From: a virus
Virus record (IMG/VR): IMGVR_UViG_3300029554_000001
Length of the DNA stretch: 64,000 bases
Reading direction: 5' to 3' (one strand)
This document shows, one piece after another, positions 42,002 through 54,014 of this stretch. The position numbers and the translations under genes were made by a program. The notes beneath the pieces are model-generated. The model saw only the letters and a list, made by a program, of their open reading frames with translations, searched no databases and was not told where the DNA came from. Position 1 is the first letter of the stretch; the number at the start of each line of letters is the position of its first letter.

Positions 42002-43394
42002 GAACCAAAATATGCTCTCTATAAAGATGGCTATATAAGTCAAACGCCAGAGATGGCAGAGACTTAGGAAAGACTTAATATGATTTGGTTTTATTTTAGG
42101 GAAAGGAGGAAATATGGGTTTAATTTATCAAGCTTATTTTAAAACTAATGGCAAAAGTTATATTGGATAGACAAGTAGAAATAATTTAGAAGACAGAAAA
42201 AAAGAACATTTACAAGCTTCTAAAGATAAGCCTTATCTTTTTTATAATGCTATCAGAAAATATGGTTGGAACGACATTGAATGGAGTGTTTTAGAAGAAT
42301 GCGATAATGAAGAATTAAATGAGAAAGAAATTTTTTATATAAAGAAATATAACACTTATATAGGATTTGATAATTGCAATGGTTATAATATGACAGAACG
42401 GGGAGATTGTATTAATCATTGCATGTTTGATACTAAAGATAAAATAAACGAATTGTTAGAAGAATATAAAAAATGTGGTAGTGTAAATGAATTAGCTAAA
42501 AAGCATGATTGCGGCTACACTGTCATTTATAATATTTTAACTGGTATTATTTGTTCCGAATTTACTGGTTTCTATTATAACGATAAAACCTTTTTGAAAA
42601 AATATATGAAAAAAGGCTTGAAATATACTAATGAACAAATAGATGAAGTAATTCAAAGAAATAAAAAAGGAGAATCTAATTCTTATATTTCAGAACAAAT
42701 GAATGTTCCTATTAAATGGGTTCAAGATATTTTATCGGGACGAATTATGTCAAAAAGAACTGGAATTAAACATATCACAAGAAATGAAAGACAATTATAT
42801 AATCCTGTAAATTCAAAGCGTTCTAAAGAAGAAGTTTTAAAGATGGTTGAAGATTATTATACAAACAAGCTATCGTCAAAAAAGATTTGTGAGAAATATA
42901 ATATTGTCTCTGCTCGTTTGAACGAAATCCTATCTGGTAAAACATGGAGTGCAATAACTCATTTAACAGAAGAGGATTACAAAGAAGAAAAATTAAAACG
43001 TAATCCTCCTAAAGAAAAAGCGAAAAAGAAATCCCTTTATTTATATACAGATAAGGATATTTTAGACATGGTAAATTTGTATAAGTTAGGTTATTCTAAA
43101 AAAGAGATAGCTGAAAAATATAATACAACAGAAGGATATATTTACAAAATTGTCACTGGACAAAGAAGAAACGATATAACTCATATTAAATAAATCATAT
43201 TAAGAATCCTAAGAGACTGTAATGGTTTTTATAGTAATATAAAGACCTTCGCCATCGTATTGTTGAAATATACAATATAAGATACAGTCCGAACTTACGA
43301 TATAATCTTGAAATAATAATGAAACGTAAGAGATAGGAAGAAACTCCTATCCGCTATTATTTTAATTAATAATAGTCATTAAAGTAACAGAATG
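42002..43394 (+). mobile_element. group I intron D (tape-measure gene) carrying a GIY-YIG ORF
   Basis: 7-bp P1: AGAGAGT (41995-42001) pairs with GCTCTCT (42014-42020), with terminal U.G. Helices GACTGTA/TACAGTC, CTTACG/CGTAAG and GATAGGA/TCCTATC lie 3' of the ORF. Terminal G 43394. Splicing rebuilds GT+G and changes the frame from 0 to 1, giving an in-frame 4,310-aa product. Confidence 0.65.
42114..43193 (+). CDS. intron-encoded GIY-YIG homing endonuclease
   Basis: AAAGGAGG SD. GLIYQAYF..GKSYIG-TAG-T..R...H motif (TAG 42168-42170). Repeated HTH-like modules at the C-terminus. Confidence 0.8.
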
Positions 43395-44778
43395 GTATAG
43401 AAAAGGCCTTGGTTGGGTGTTCGAATCCAACCCAACAAAATTGCGTGAAGCTCAAAAAGACCTTGACGATTTCTATAAACAAGACCGTCTTGATGACCTC
43501 AACAATACGAAAGATGCAGAGCAACAAATTCTCCAAGACCGTATAGATGCTTGGGACAAATATCTTGAGCAACTTGAATGGGATTATAAGGAATATGAAC
43601 GTCTCGAGAATGAACGCATATTGAAAGAGCTTATGAATGCGAACTCCGAAGAAGAGATTCGTGCTCGTATTACAGCGGATATGCAGAAGTTTAATTCTAA
43701 TGTTCAATAGAACTACAAGAATTATACTACGATATTCCAAGACAACTTACTTACGCCTTATCGTCAAGCCAATGAACAATTAGCAGAATTGCGTAGACAA
43801 AGACTTGAATTATTAGACACTTCTGATTTCTATAATAAGAACAATAATCAAAATGGGTATATTAAAGAAGATGACCTGAACACTTATGATTTCTCTGACC
43901 TTGACATGAATACAGACTATGCTGCAAAAATGTTGGCTGCAAGGGATGAAGGAGAATTTAAGAAATGGGCTGCTTACCGTGATGAAAAAGCTCGTAGAAT
44001 GGGCATTACTCTTGATGGTAGTGGTTATGGTTATGATAAAGCTGGTAACAAGTTTAGATATCAAAGTAATGATGAACTTTATCAGCAATGGCTGTCTGGA
44101 CAGGGAAGGACCAATTCTTCTAATAGTACTCCAAATAGAGTTACTTCTTCTTCAAGTAATTCCAGTAGTAGTTCTAGTAGAAATAATTCTGGTAGTAGTT
44201 CAAGTGGGTCTAATAAAAACACTCCTACAATTGTTAAGCCCTCTCTAGGTGGTAGCGCAAGCAGTTCTTCTTGGGGCGGAAGTGACATTGGTACAGCAAT
44301 GCTCAATGCCAAGACTTCTGAGTAGTTCTGGCGTTTGGCAGACCAAAGAACTGCTAAAATTAAGCAAGCGAAAGCTGCTGGACAAGACACAAGTAAATGG
44401 CCTACGAACCAACAATTGTATGACCAGTGGTTGAAGTTGCATCCTAACACTAACAAATCTGGATTTACTGTAACTCCTTATGCTACTGGTATTGAAGAAG
44501 GACCAGTAACTTATACAGGACTTGCGATGTTACATGGTACGCCTTCTAAGCCTGAGTATGTCTTGAATAGTGACCAAGCTTATAATTTGTTACGCAATAT
44601 GGCAACCACGAGACTTCCTGAGATGGAACGCACTGGAACTGACAATAATTGTGGTACACAGTATATTGTTCAAGGTGATGTTGTACTTGAAGGAGTTAAT
44701 GACCCTGCCAAGTTCTGGAGTGGAGTAACTACAGCAATGGGGTCAAGGTGGAATGTAACTCGTAAAACCAGAGGATAA
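43395..44778 (+). CDS. giant tail tape-measure protein, exon 2
   Basis: ORFs 43417, 43789 and 44335 share frame 1, joined by TAG 43708 and 44323. Ser-rich tract, then a tape-measure-type C-terminus (GPVTYTGLAMLHGTPSKPEYVLNSDQ). Stops at TAA. Confidence 0.7.
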
Positions 44779-44831
44779 ATTTACCAAAAATAAAATCTTC
44801 AAAAAGAGGATAAAAAATTTGGAAAAGGTTA

Positions 44832-44860
44832 TTGACAATTAAATAAAAATAGCTTATAAT
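44832..44860 (+). promoter_or_regulatory. consensus sigma70 promoter
   Basis: TTGACA (44832-44837), 17-nt spacer, TATAAT (44855-44860). Leader hairpin GGTGTGG/CCACACC at 44879-44909. Confidence 0.65.
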
Positions 44861-44950
44861 AAGAGCAAGAAAAAAAGGGGTGTGGTGTGGAACAAAAACT
44901 CGCCACACCTCATCCCTTAGACGAAAAAATAACGAAAGGAGTTAAAAGAA

Positions 44951-47900
44951 ATGATATATAAAGCATCTTCGCTAAGTCCAAACTTGAATGAAATAGATAT
45001 TTTATCTACCACTCGGAACCCATTTTAGGCTTAGGTTAACACCCTTGGAACATCTGTAAAAGCTTATTCTATCAATTTTTTGTCGGGAGATGGCGCTACA
45101 ATGATTCTTAATTAGCCTTCTCAAGCACTAGGACAAGAAATTAGGAATAAAGAGTAGCTTTCTTTAAATTTAACCGTGGATTCTTCTGGTAATTTTGTTA
45201 CTTTTAAAGAAGAAGGGAAAAAAGGATTATCAACGACAGCTTAGTGTGAAGAAAATTAGTCTTTTCAAAACGGAAAAGATTATCAATGGAATATTAGGAT
45301 GTATGAAAATCATTCTCCAAGGACAACAGACGAAGACCCAACAACTTTAGTTTGCTCTGGTTTTACCGTTGGTTCTACTACTTCTGTTATTTGGGTGGAT
45401 TTAAGTGGCATTAGTAGCGAAGAAACTAAGAAATTAGTTAAAGACTAGCTTAAATATGATAGATGGATAGAGATATCTGCTTCAAGTAAAAACGATGGCA
45501 TGATGGCTATCACTCTTCCAAACGAAGATAATTTGGCTTATCCTACTACTTGGCCTTATAGAGAACGTAGACAAATTAACTGGGTTTATACAGATTTAGG
45601 TTGGGATAAAGATGTTATAAAAATTGAACTCACTGAATCTTTTACATATAATTATACAAATGGTAAAACATTTACTCTTTATAACGTTTCTGATTAGCAT
45701 ACTTTAAATAATTTTTATGTCGAGCCCAATGATGATATTGAATTAGGCAATTATATTTCGTTAAATAGCGATGATAGTGTAAAAAGGAAAATTATTGGAT
45801 ATGGGCAAGAAACTGGCGAAATTAGATTATAGGAAGGTTTTGTGACCGTTCCTAAAAATGGAGATACTTATAAACTTTGGACAAAAGATTTGACTTCATC
45901 TTCTTCGCAATTTTCGCAAAAAACTTACCACAGTTCTGCCGAGAGAAAAGTAGGTGGAGCTCCTATTACGAATCCAAATTTTAAAATTATGACTTCTTAT
46001 TGGAATAGTGAAGCAGACCATCAAATTTTTGTTCAGCCAAATATAAATATTAAATCAGATACTTTAAACCCTCCTCAAATTGTTTGGGAAAATGGCGTGA
46101 GGTTAAATATAACACAAAAAATTAGTACATTAGGACAATATGTTGCAGGGAAGAAAACTGATATTACTTTTAATAAACTTGATAATACTCAATGGTTGTT
46201 AAAAGGAAATTGCAAAATTGCAACTCAAAGTACAGGTGATATTTAGCAAATAATTGTTCCTCAAACTGATTACACAGTTTATACTGATTTTATGGATTCT
46301 ATTCCAAATGCTGTTTTATATGCTCGACAAGCGCCAACATTAGGGATTAAATATAAAGATTACCGTGAATTGGATTTGGAAAATATACCGTATATAAGTA
46401 TTGACTAGTCTGTTCCTGCTCCATGGAGAGATGTGGCTTTTTTGGGTACATGGGATTCTATAAATAATGTTGAAATTAAATATTATCATTATTATTTATA
46501 TTCGATTGATAATTATAATAACGAAACTTTAATTGCTGAATCTGATGATATTTACGACTCTTCTCTTGAATGGAATTTTAAAGGTTTTGAGACAAACAAC
46601 TTCTATAAAGTTAGAATAACCATTCATGATAAATATGGTAAAGCATATAGTGAAGAAAATACTTTTTATATTGAATATGCAGTTTATAGCTCTGTAGTTC
46701 CTTTGGCTAATTCTTTGATTTGTGATGAACAAGCCATAAAACTTGAAGTAGTTAGTCCTGTTTATGTTATTTCTACAGATAAAGGCACAGAAAAAACAAT
46801 TACTTCGAATGATGTGTATTTAAGTAGTAATTCAAAATATTATTACGCAGACACAACTTCTGGAAGGGTGTTAAATTACACTCAAGTTGCAGATGCAAAC
46901 AACACCCCCATTTAGATTCCAGAGGTGTTTTCTTTTTTTACAAGATTTAGATTTCCATATATAACTTCTGATAACAAGGTTGGTTTCTTTAATAACATTA
47001 CAGGAACTGATTTAAAAACATTAATGGAAATTGCTCATGCAAGTTATACTCAATTTTATTTAAGTTAGGTAGACACTGTTCTTTATAATGAACTTTATTC
47101 TACTTTATATACAAGACAAGACAATCAAGCTCTTGCAGATGCAATTCCACTTTATCCTGACGGAATTTCTATTGTTTTGTATTCAGATGAAACTACTCCT
47201 ATAAAAGACAGTGATGGTAAAATTGTGTATTATACTTTAAGTAGTTATACAATGTCTTCCACTAAAATTGTCGTAGAAGAGAAAATTGATACTCCTGTTA
47301 CATCTTTTGACCATTATGTTTATTATGATAAGGTTACTAAAGATGAAATTGGTTCGTCAACTTCTTTAAATAATGGATAGCTTGATAGACGTTCGATTTA
47401 TCTTTCTATTTTCTCAGATGAAAATTCTGCGGATGAATACAAAAAATTACTTTCATATAATAAAGAAACAGGAGAACTTGTTATTGAAAGTAGTTTAAAG
47501 AGCGATAGTTATAATAATCTTAATTATAAAGCATACACTCTTAAGTCTGCAAATAATTATATTCCACTGCCATCTTCTACATCAGGTGATATATCTCTTG
47601 GCGGAGATGTTTATACTGTAAAAGTTGGAGGATTGGATTTACTTCTTGTTGACGAAAAAAATAAAATAATTCGTAAAAATCCTAATATGCTTAAAATGCA
47701 AGTATTTAAAAATGGTTCAAATGAACCTTTGGCTTGTTTTAATGGGGGCAAATCTACCAGTTATGATATACAAAGCATGTTAAGTAATATGACTGTTCCT
47801 GATAAATTTGGTTTCGCTCTTCAATACAAATATACAGATTCTAACAAAACTACATTAAAATATATGCTTGTAGAAAAATTTAAAGAAGAACCTGATTACA

Positions 47901-48970
47901 TGGATTAGAATATGGTTTATATTTTAACTAAAGATATTGTTTTTGCTCCTTTCGGGAAAGAAGCGAAAACTTATTATGTTGGTCAATATAAATATATTGT
48001 TAATGCAGATGGTTCTGCTGATTGGATTCTTTAGGTTGATACAGAATATTTGTACCTTGATGAAAGCGGAGATTACAAAGATGAAGAGGGCAAAGCTATT
48101 GATGTTGTAATTGATAAAGATTTGACTGAAGGAGAATCTACTGGTGGTGGTTAGACTTATACTTCTATTGCTACAAATTAGTATGATACTATTTTAGCTA
48201 ATGCTATAGCGGCAACAAAAGAAAATAGAATTTTTACTACAAATGAATATAATGAAGCGTTGGCAAATTATTTATCAGAACATAGCGAGGCTTACATCGG
48301 CTTTGCAATAAACGAAGCTGGAAATTCTATGTATTCTGAAAATGGGGTAATACAAAGATATAAGATTAACTCTTATACAGGAAATGTGTTAACTATAGAA
48401 AAAACCCTTCCTTACACTGGAACAATTTATGCGTATAGGATTTATTCTCGCAATTCAGAGACGGGGAATTATACATATGAAATAGCTTTGACTGTTGGAC
48501 TTACAGACAAAGGGATTGTTCCCAAAACATCTTTAGTGTATCTTTCAGTGACGAATGGCACAACAACATTAATAGATAAAAAGAAAATTTTAACCTACAC
48601 CGCCGATAAAAAATTAACTATTGAGGGTGGAGTTTCTATTTTACTCTCTGATTCTGACCTTAATTCTTTAACTTATACTGCTTATAATTATATCAGCAAT
48701 ACTTACACTGAATTGGGGAAAACTGGTGATGGTAAAATTATTGCAAGTGACCCAACAGGAGGTACTGTTAGTGGGCCTGTTAAATATCGTTGGGGGCCCA
48801 AAAACGGGTCAGGAAAAGAAGAATCAGATTATATTTGGATGCCTGATTCTCAAGCTGTTAAACAAACTAATATGGCTTAGATTTCTTAGAGATGGTTTGA
48901 TTTTAATTTAACAGTAGATAATTCTAAAGAAGTTCCTGTTAATTGTTCTATTGTTTTAGTTACAGAATAA
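44951..48970 (+). CDS. large distal-tail/baseplate structural protein
   Basis: AAAGGAG SD. ORFs 45500, 45842, 46433, 47177, 47633 and 48260 are all in one frame with ATG 44951. 20 in-frame TAG. 1,339 aa, ending at TAA 48968-48970. Confidence 0.65.
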
Positions 48971-48987
48971 AGAAAGGAGGATAATTA

Positions 48988-50007
48988 ATGAATATTAACA
49001 GCTATATTTATTATGCGCCACGGTTAGAAATTCGAGATGTTGGTATTGATACCGATATTACAAAATCTCCTGATACTATTCGTAAAGAAGTTACTGCAAA
49101 ATTGAAAGCTAATCCTTATTCTTCGCCTTTGTCCTCCGACTTGATTTTGTACAATAAATTTAATTTGAAGGATTAGGGTACTGGAACTTCAATTTTAGCT
49201 TATTATTTTCAAAGTTTACTTGGGTCAAATGGTGCTCTTTCTGTTTACAAAAAAGCTCCCGAAGATAGTTTTTATACATATATTTGTGATATGTATGGTA
49301 ACTATAGTATGTTGGATTATAATATTAAAGCCAATGCATTTTATCATTATTTAGTTGCTTATCGTCAAAGCAGTGGGTCTTATAAAATGTATGAGGATAC
49401 CATTGTAAATCTTGACGGTACAACCTCTCCCGCTTATATTTCTACTAAATGGGATTCTTGGACTATTTGTGATATTGAAGAGACTGAAACTGAAAAACTT
49501 TATGTTAAAACTGGCAACATTTGGAAACTTCGTTATAATATGGACAATGGAGAGTTAACTCAAAATAATAGCATTTCTACTTGGGATACTTTGGGACAGT
49601 TTCCAAAATATTCTAAAGGTAAGAAAGATTATATGAGTTCTACTGTTACTTGTTTGTTAGGTGATATTTCTGACTATTCAGAAACAGAAGCTATTACGAA
49701 AGAAGAAAATGGTTCAAGTATTACAACCTTCAAAGTTAAAACTGCAAATGGTTATACAGAACGAGTTAATAAAGAAGATATGTATTCTCGTGAAGTAGAA
49801 AAATATAATGCTTGGAGAGAATTTATTAATAATGGTAGTTTAAAATTATTAAAAGATTACAAAGGAAACTCTTGGGTTATTCAAGTAACTTCTGCTCCTA
49901 CTTATAATATAAATATGCAATCTAATCTTTTGCAAACAACAATTTCTTTCTCTTGGTAGGAAGCTTTAGACGTAGATTCGATTTCTATTGTTTCAAGTGC
50001 CAGATAA
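48988..50007 (+). CDS. tail structural protein (distal tail candidate)
   Basis: AAAGGAGG SD. ORFs 48988 and 49291 share a frame, with 2 TAG. 339 aa. Confidence 0.5.
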
Positions 50008-50016
50008 GGAGGAAAT

Positions 50017-51258
50017 ATGGCTGATAATATTTTTGGCGATGTGTTATTAAGGGATGAAAATGCTATTCCTTTTAACACTTTAAAAAGAATACTTGAGAGA
50101 CCTGTAATTCATCCTCGTTATAGACTATCTATTCTTACTCCTGATGAACAAGTATCATATATTATTCCAGAAAGCGATATTACTTTAGATGGCTTAAATT
50201 ATACTGAATCTTATCAAAATGGGCAAAGAAGAAGTATTACAGTTACTTTAGCAAACGAAAATGGACAATATACTCCTAATATTAATGGTATTTGGGTAAA
50301 TACAAGATTTGGATTTGATGTGGGTATTCAATATCAAGATACAACTATCTGGTTTCCTAAAGGAGTTTATATTTTAGGAGATGTTAGTTTGACAAGGGAT
50401 GATTCGAACAAAACTATTCAACTTCAACTTTCTGATAAATATGCTGTTTTTGAAGGTAAAACAGGTACTCTTGAGACGGCGTATGAAGTTGAATTGGGTA
50501 GCAATATTATTGATGCTGTTAAAGGGGTTTTAAATTTTTCTCTTGGAAATGGCTATATCTTAGATTATAAAGAACCTATTTTTGACCCAAGTTTTATTGG
50601 ATTGAAAACACAGCAAACAATTAGAGCGGAACAAGGAGAGACTTTGGGTTCGATTTTGGATGCTTTAGCAACACAATTATCTGCTGAATATTATTATAAT
50701 ACAGTTGGTAATTTATGTTTTTATCCAATTAACGAAACAGTTGATGACTCTGTTAAACCTGTTATTTGGACTTATCCCAAGCTTAGTAGAGATTTACATA
50801 ATATGGATTTGCAATATCAAAATGAGCAAATTATTAATTGTGTAAAAGTAGTGGGAGATAGTGTGGATTCTACTATTTACACCGCTACGGTTACAAATAA
50901 TAATCCTTCTTCTCCTATTTGTGTAGAACGTATTGGAAGGCGTATGGATGCTCCATATACATCTTCTCAGGTGTGGAGTGATGACTTAGCTTATGATTTG
51001 GCAAATTATTATTTGAGAAAATCAAGTTTTGTAGGAGTGCAATTTTCTGTTTCTGTTAGTTTCAATCCAATTTTGACAGTAAATAATTTATGTGAAGTTG
51101 AAGATGAATTTTTGTCTTTACAACGAGAAAAGTTGTTAATTACTTCTATTTCTTATAATAGTAAAGATGGTAAAATATCATTAAGTTGTTGTAATACTTC
51201 TGACTTACCTACTAATACATCCGAGAAGGAAAGTCAAGGAGAGAAAATAAGATGGTGA
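50017..51258 (+). CDS. baseplate hub / tail-associated protein candidate
   Basis: AAGGAGG SD. 413-aa intact ORF with no TAG. Function is assigned by position after the tape-measure and distal-tail genes. Confidence 0.45.
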   Translation: MADNIFGDVLLRDENAIPFNTLKRILERPVIHPRYRLSILTPDEQVSYIIPESDITLDGLNYTESYQNGQRRSITVTLANENGQYTPNINGIWVNTRFGFDVGIQYQDTTIWFPKGVYILGDVSLTRDDSNKTIQLQLSDKYAVFEGKTGTLETAYEVELGSNIIDAVKGVLNFSLGNGYILDYKEPIFDPSFIGLKTQQTIRAEQGETLGSILDALATQLSAEYYYNTVGNLCFYPINETVDDSVKPVIWTYPKLSRDLHNMDLQYQNEQIINCVKVVGDSVDSTIYTATVTNNNPSSPICVERIGRRMDAPYTSSQVWSDDLAYDLANYYLRKSSFVGVQFSVSVSFNPILTVNNLCEVEDEFLSLQREKLLITSISYNSKDGKISLSCCNTSDLPTNTSEKESQGEKIRW

Positions 51259-51261
51259 TTT

Positions 51262-51594
51262 ATGATAAATCAAAATAACAATTATGACCAATATGCAGAT
51301 GAAATGCTGAATAGAATACTTTAGTGCGTTACAGCAGAAATTAAAAGAACCTCACCGAGAATTGAAAGTGCTACGGTGACAAATGTAAATAGTGATGGTA
51401 CTGTGGATGTTATTTTGCCACGGGAACCTGAAACAGAATTTACAAGAATTCAAAATCAAACTCCTTTTGAATTAAGAGAAGGAGATTCTGTTGAAATAAT
51501 GCTTAAAAAAGGAAGTTTTAATAATTGCTGGGTTATGGCAAAACATGGAACAACAAAACGTTTTGGTGTCGATGATAATGGACTAACCGATTAA
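51262..51594 (+). CDS. hypothetical small tail-module protein
   Basis: ATG 51262 is in frame with ORF 51376 through one TAG. Confidence 0.45.
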
Positions 51595-51612
51595 AAAATT
51601 TTTGCCAAGTAC

Positions 51613-51641
51613 TTGACAAGATGAAAAAACTATGCTATATT
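51613..51641 (+). promoter_or_regulatory. near-consensus sigma70 promoter
   Basis: TTGACA (51613-51618), 17-nt spacer, TATATT (51636-51641). Confidence 0.65.
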
Positions 51642-51693
51642 TTATTCACAACCAAGGTAGGTTGATTTTTTTGAATAATTAGGAGATAGTAAA

Positions 51694-51879
51694 ATGGTTA
51701 ATAATCTTGCGTGTGAAGATTGTCGTTTTTTGGTAAAGTGCTCGGCGTATGCAAAGCTTAAGCCTTTTCTTGAGGACGCTCGAAGAGATTTGGGAGTTAC
51801 TTTGACGTTTGAGGCTTGTAATGATTACAAGTCTATTGACGATGATGACAATGACAACAATGATGAAAATGAAAATTAA
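51694..51879 (+). CDS. small acidic Cys-containing protein
   Basis: AGGAG SD. 61 aa. CEDC motif and a D/N-rich tail. Confidence 0.45.
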   Translation: MVNNLACEDCRFLVKCSAYAKLKPFLEDARRDLGVTLTFEACNDYKSIDDDDNDNNDENEN

Positions 51880-51914
51880 AAATTAAAAGACAAAATTAAA
51901 GGAGTACAAAAATA

Positions 51915-52862
51915 ATGGCTACAAAAAATACTGACCAGATTCGTAGATTGACAAATAGCGTGACTCTTGCGGGTTATCTCGCTGATATTGAGTCCAAGTA
52001 GGGTGTGGACAAGAATGGTGTTGATTACATTCGTATTCGTGGGCAGATTCAGTGCGGCGAAGAAAGTGTAATGACTCGTTCTTTCACGTCTTTTATCAAG
52101 GCGAAGAAAGCTGATGGTACAGATAGTGAGAACTATGAAAAGGTTCTTGACTGGGTTAAAAAAGCAGTTCCTATGACTAAGGATAAGGAAAATGCCACTA
52201 TGGTGAGACTTGTTGGTTCTCTTAGTGCAAATGATTATGTTGGTTCTGATGAACAGCTTCACGAAGGTACTGTTGCTTCTATGCAATTCTTTAATGATTT
52301 TGAAGAATTTGCTTGTGACCTTGATATCGAGGGATATATTAAGAGTATTACTGATGAAGAGCGTGGCTCTGAAGATGATAAGAAGCCTACTGGTAGAAAG
52401 CGTTTAAATCTCATTAGTATGGATTTTTATCATAACGCTCTTGATATTAAGAATATTATTATTCCCAAGGATTTTGTGGATGCTCTTGAAGATAATGGCT
52501 ATGTTAAGGGTGCTACTGCTAAGATGTATGTTAGCTGGAAGCCCAATGAAAAGAGTGAAGCAAAGCCTAAGACCAAGGGTTTTGGTCAGCAGAGAGTAAC
52601 TGAGGGCAAGAGCTATCTTGAAATGGTTCTTACTGGTGGTGATATTGCTTATGATGAAGATGAGCAGGAAGATATGATTATCACTCCTCAGATGTGTAAG
52701 GCTATGCTCAATGAGAGAGCAAGTCGTTTGAAGGAACTTGAGGGAGCAGGATATCAGGGCTCTAAGGGCAGTAATGGTTCTTCTGCACCTACGGGCTTTG
52801 GTAAGAAGGGTTCTGGAAAGATGTCTCCTGTTGTTGATGATGACGATGATATTCCTTTCTAA
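51915..52862 (+). CDS. ssb: single-stranded DNA-binding protein
   Basis: AAAGGAG SD. ATG 51915 is in frame with ORF 52005 through TAG 51999-52001. Gly/Ser-rich linker and the canonical acidic SSB tail DDDDDIPF. Confidence 0.75.
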
Positions 52863-52917
52863 TTTCTAATCGACAACTAAAAATAATTCAAAATTTTTAA
52901 AAGGAGACATTTAAATA

Positions 52918-53937
52918 ATGGGTATTGATATTTTTAGCATTAAGCCTAATGTGGTCACTCGTGACCTTAGTGGTAAGAGTTTTCTCATTTATGGAGAAAG
53001 AAAGAGCGGCAAAACTACAAATGCTTGTAAATTTCCCAAGCCTATTTTGCTTGGTTTCGAAAAAGGCTATGGTTTCTTGGATGGCATTATTGCACAGCCA
53101 ATTAACACTTGGAAAGAAGCTCTTGAAGTAAAGAAGCAGTTACTTAAAGATGCAGATGCGGCTGAAAAAGAAAATAGAGAAACAATCTTTAAAACGGTAA
53201 TTGTTGATACTATTGATATTGCCTACGACCTTTGTGAGAAGTATATCGTAGACAAGGAAGGTGTAGATTATCTTGATGAGACTGAAAAGATGCGTGGCTA
53301 TCGTGCTTTGTCTCGTGAGTATGATAAGTTTTTCCAAGAGATTGTTAAGGCTGGTTATACTTTGATTTGTATTTCTCATGCCACCACTAAGCAGATTAAG
53401 GAAAACGGTGAGAAATATGATAAGACTATTCCTACTGTACCCGACCGTGGATTCCTTGTTGTTTCTCGTCTTGTTGACGTAACTGGTTACGCTTCTTATG
53501 AAACTGATGAACAGGGTAATGTTCATTCCATGCTTACTATGAGAGGCAATAAGCATCTTGAAGCTGGTTCTCGTAGTCCTTATATGTCTGAATGTATTCC
53601 ATTTACTTATGAAGCATTGCGTGATGATATGGCAAAGGCTATTGATAAACAAAAGGCTAATGGTGCGACAGTTGTTGATAATGAGGTTAATCTCTTTAAG
53701 GATAACGAAGTTACCGAAGATGAAAAGAAGAGCGTTGATGAGCTTATTGCTGAAATCGGTAGCTATGTAAAGGCTATTCATAATACTGGTAGTACAGAAT
53801 ATAAGAAGATTATTGCAGAGTATCTTGGAAAGGGTAAGAGTGTAAAAGATTGCGATGAATCTCAATTGGATATGCTTTTACTTATTCTCGATGATTTGAA
53901 GGATTACTGTACTGAAAATAATATTACAGTAGAATAA
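52918..53937 (+). CDS. Sak4-like / RecA-family AAA ATPase (recombination mediator)
   Basis: AAAGGAG SD. Walker A GERKSGKT and Walker B-like VIVDTID. 339 aa, no TAG. Confidence 0.6.
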   Translation: MGIDIFSIKPNVVTRDLSGKSFLIYGERKSGKTTNACKFPKPILLGFEKGYGFLDGIIAQPINTWKEALEVKKQLLKDADAAEKENRETIFKTVIVDTIDIAYDLCEKYIVDKEGVDYLDETEKMRGYRALSREYDKFFQEIVKAGYTLICISHATTKQIKENGEKYDKTIPTVPDRGFLVVSRLVDVTGYASYETDEQGNVHSMLTMRGNKHLEAGSRSPYMSECIPFTYEALRDDMAKAIDKQKANGATVVDNEVNLFKDNEVTEDEKKSVDELIAEIGSYVKAIHNTGSTEYKKIIAEYLGKGKSVKDCDESQLDMLLLILDDLKDYCTENNITVE

Positions 53938-53946
53938 ATAATTATT

Positions 53947-53984
53947 GGGGGATAGTAAAACTAATTACTATTCCCCTTTATTTT
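53947..53984 (+). terminator. rho-independent terminator
   Basis: GGGGGATAGTA pairs with TACTATTCCCC (one bulge), followed by TTTATTTT. Confidence 0.6.
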
Positions 53985-54014
53985 CCGTTTTAATATTTTA
54001 AGAAAGGAGTGAGG

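Noticed and set aside
43411-43435. tRNA T-arm-like string GGTTGGGTGTTCGAATCCAACC
   Set aside because: No acceptor, D or anticodon arms around it. It lies in the tape-measure exon 2 coding frame (..GLGWVFESNP..).
53140-53865. 241-aa minus-strand ORF
   Set aside because: Antisense to the Sak4-like ATPase gene, which has clear Walker motifs and an SD.
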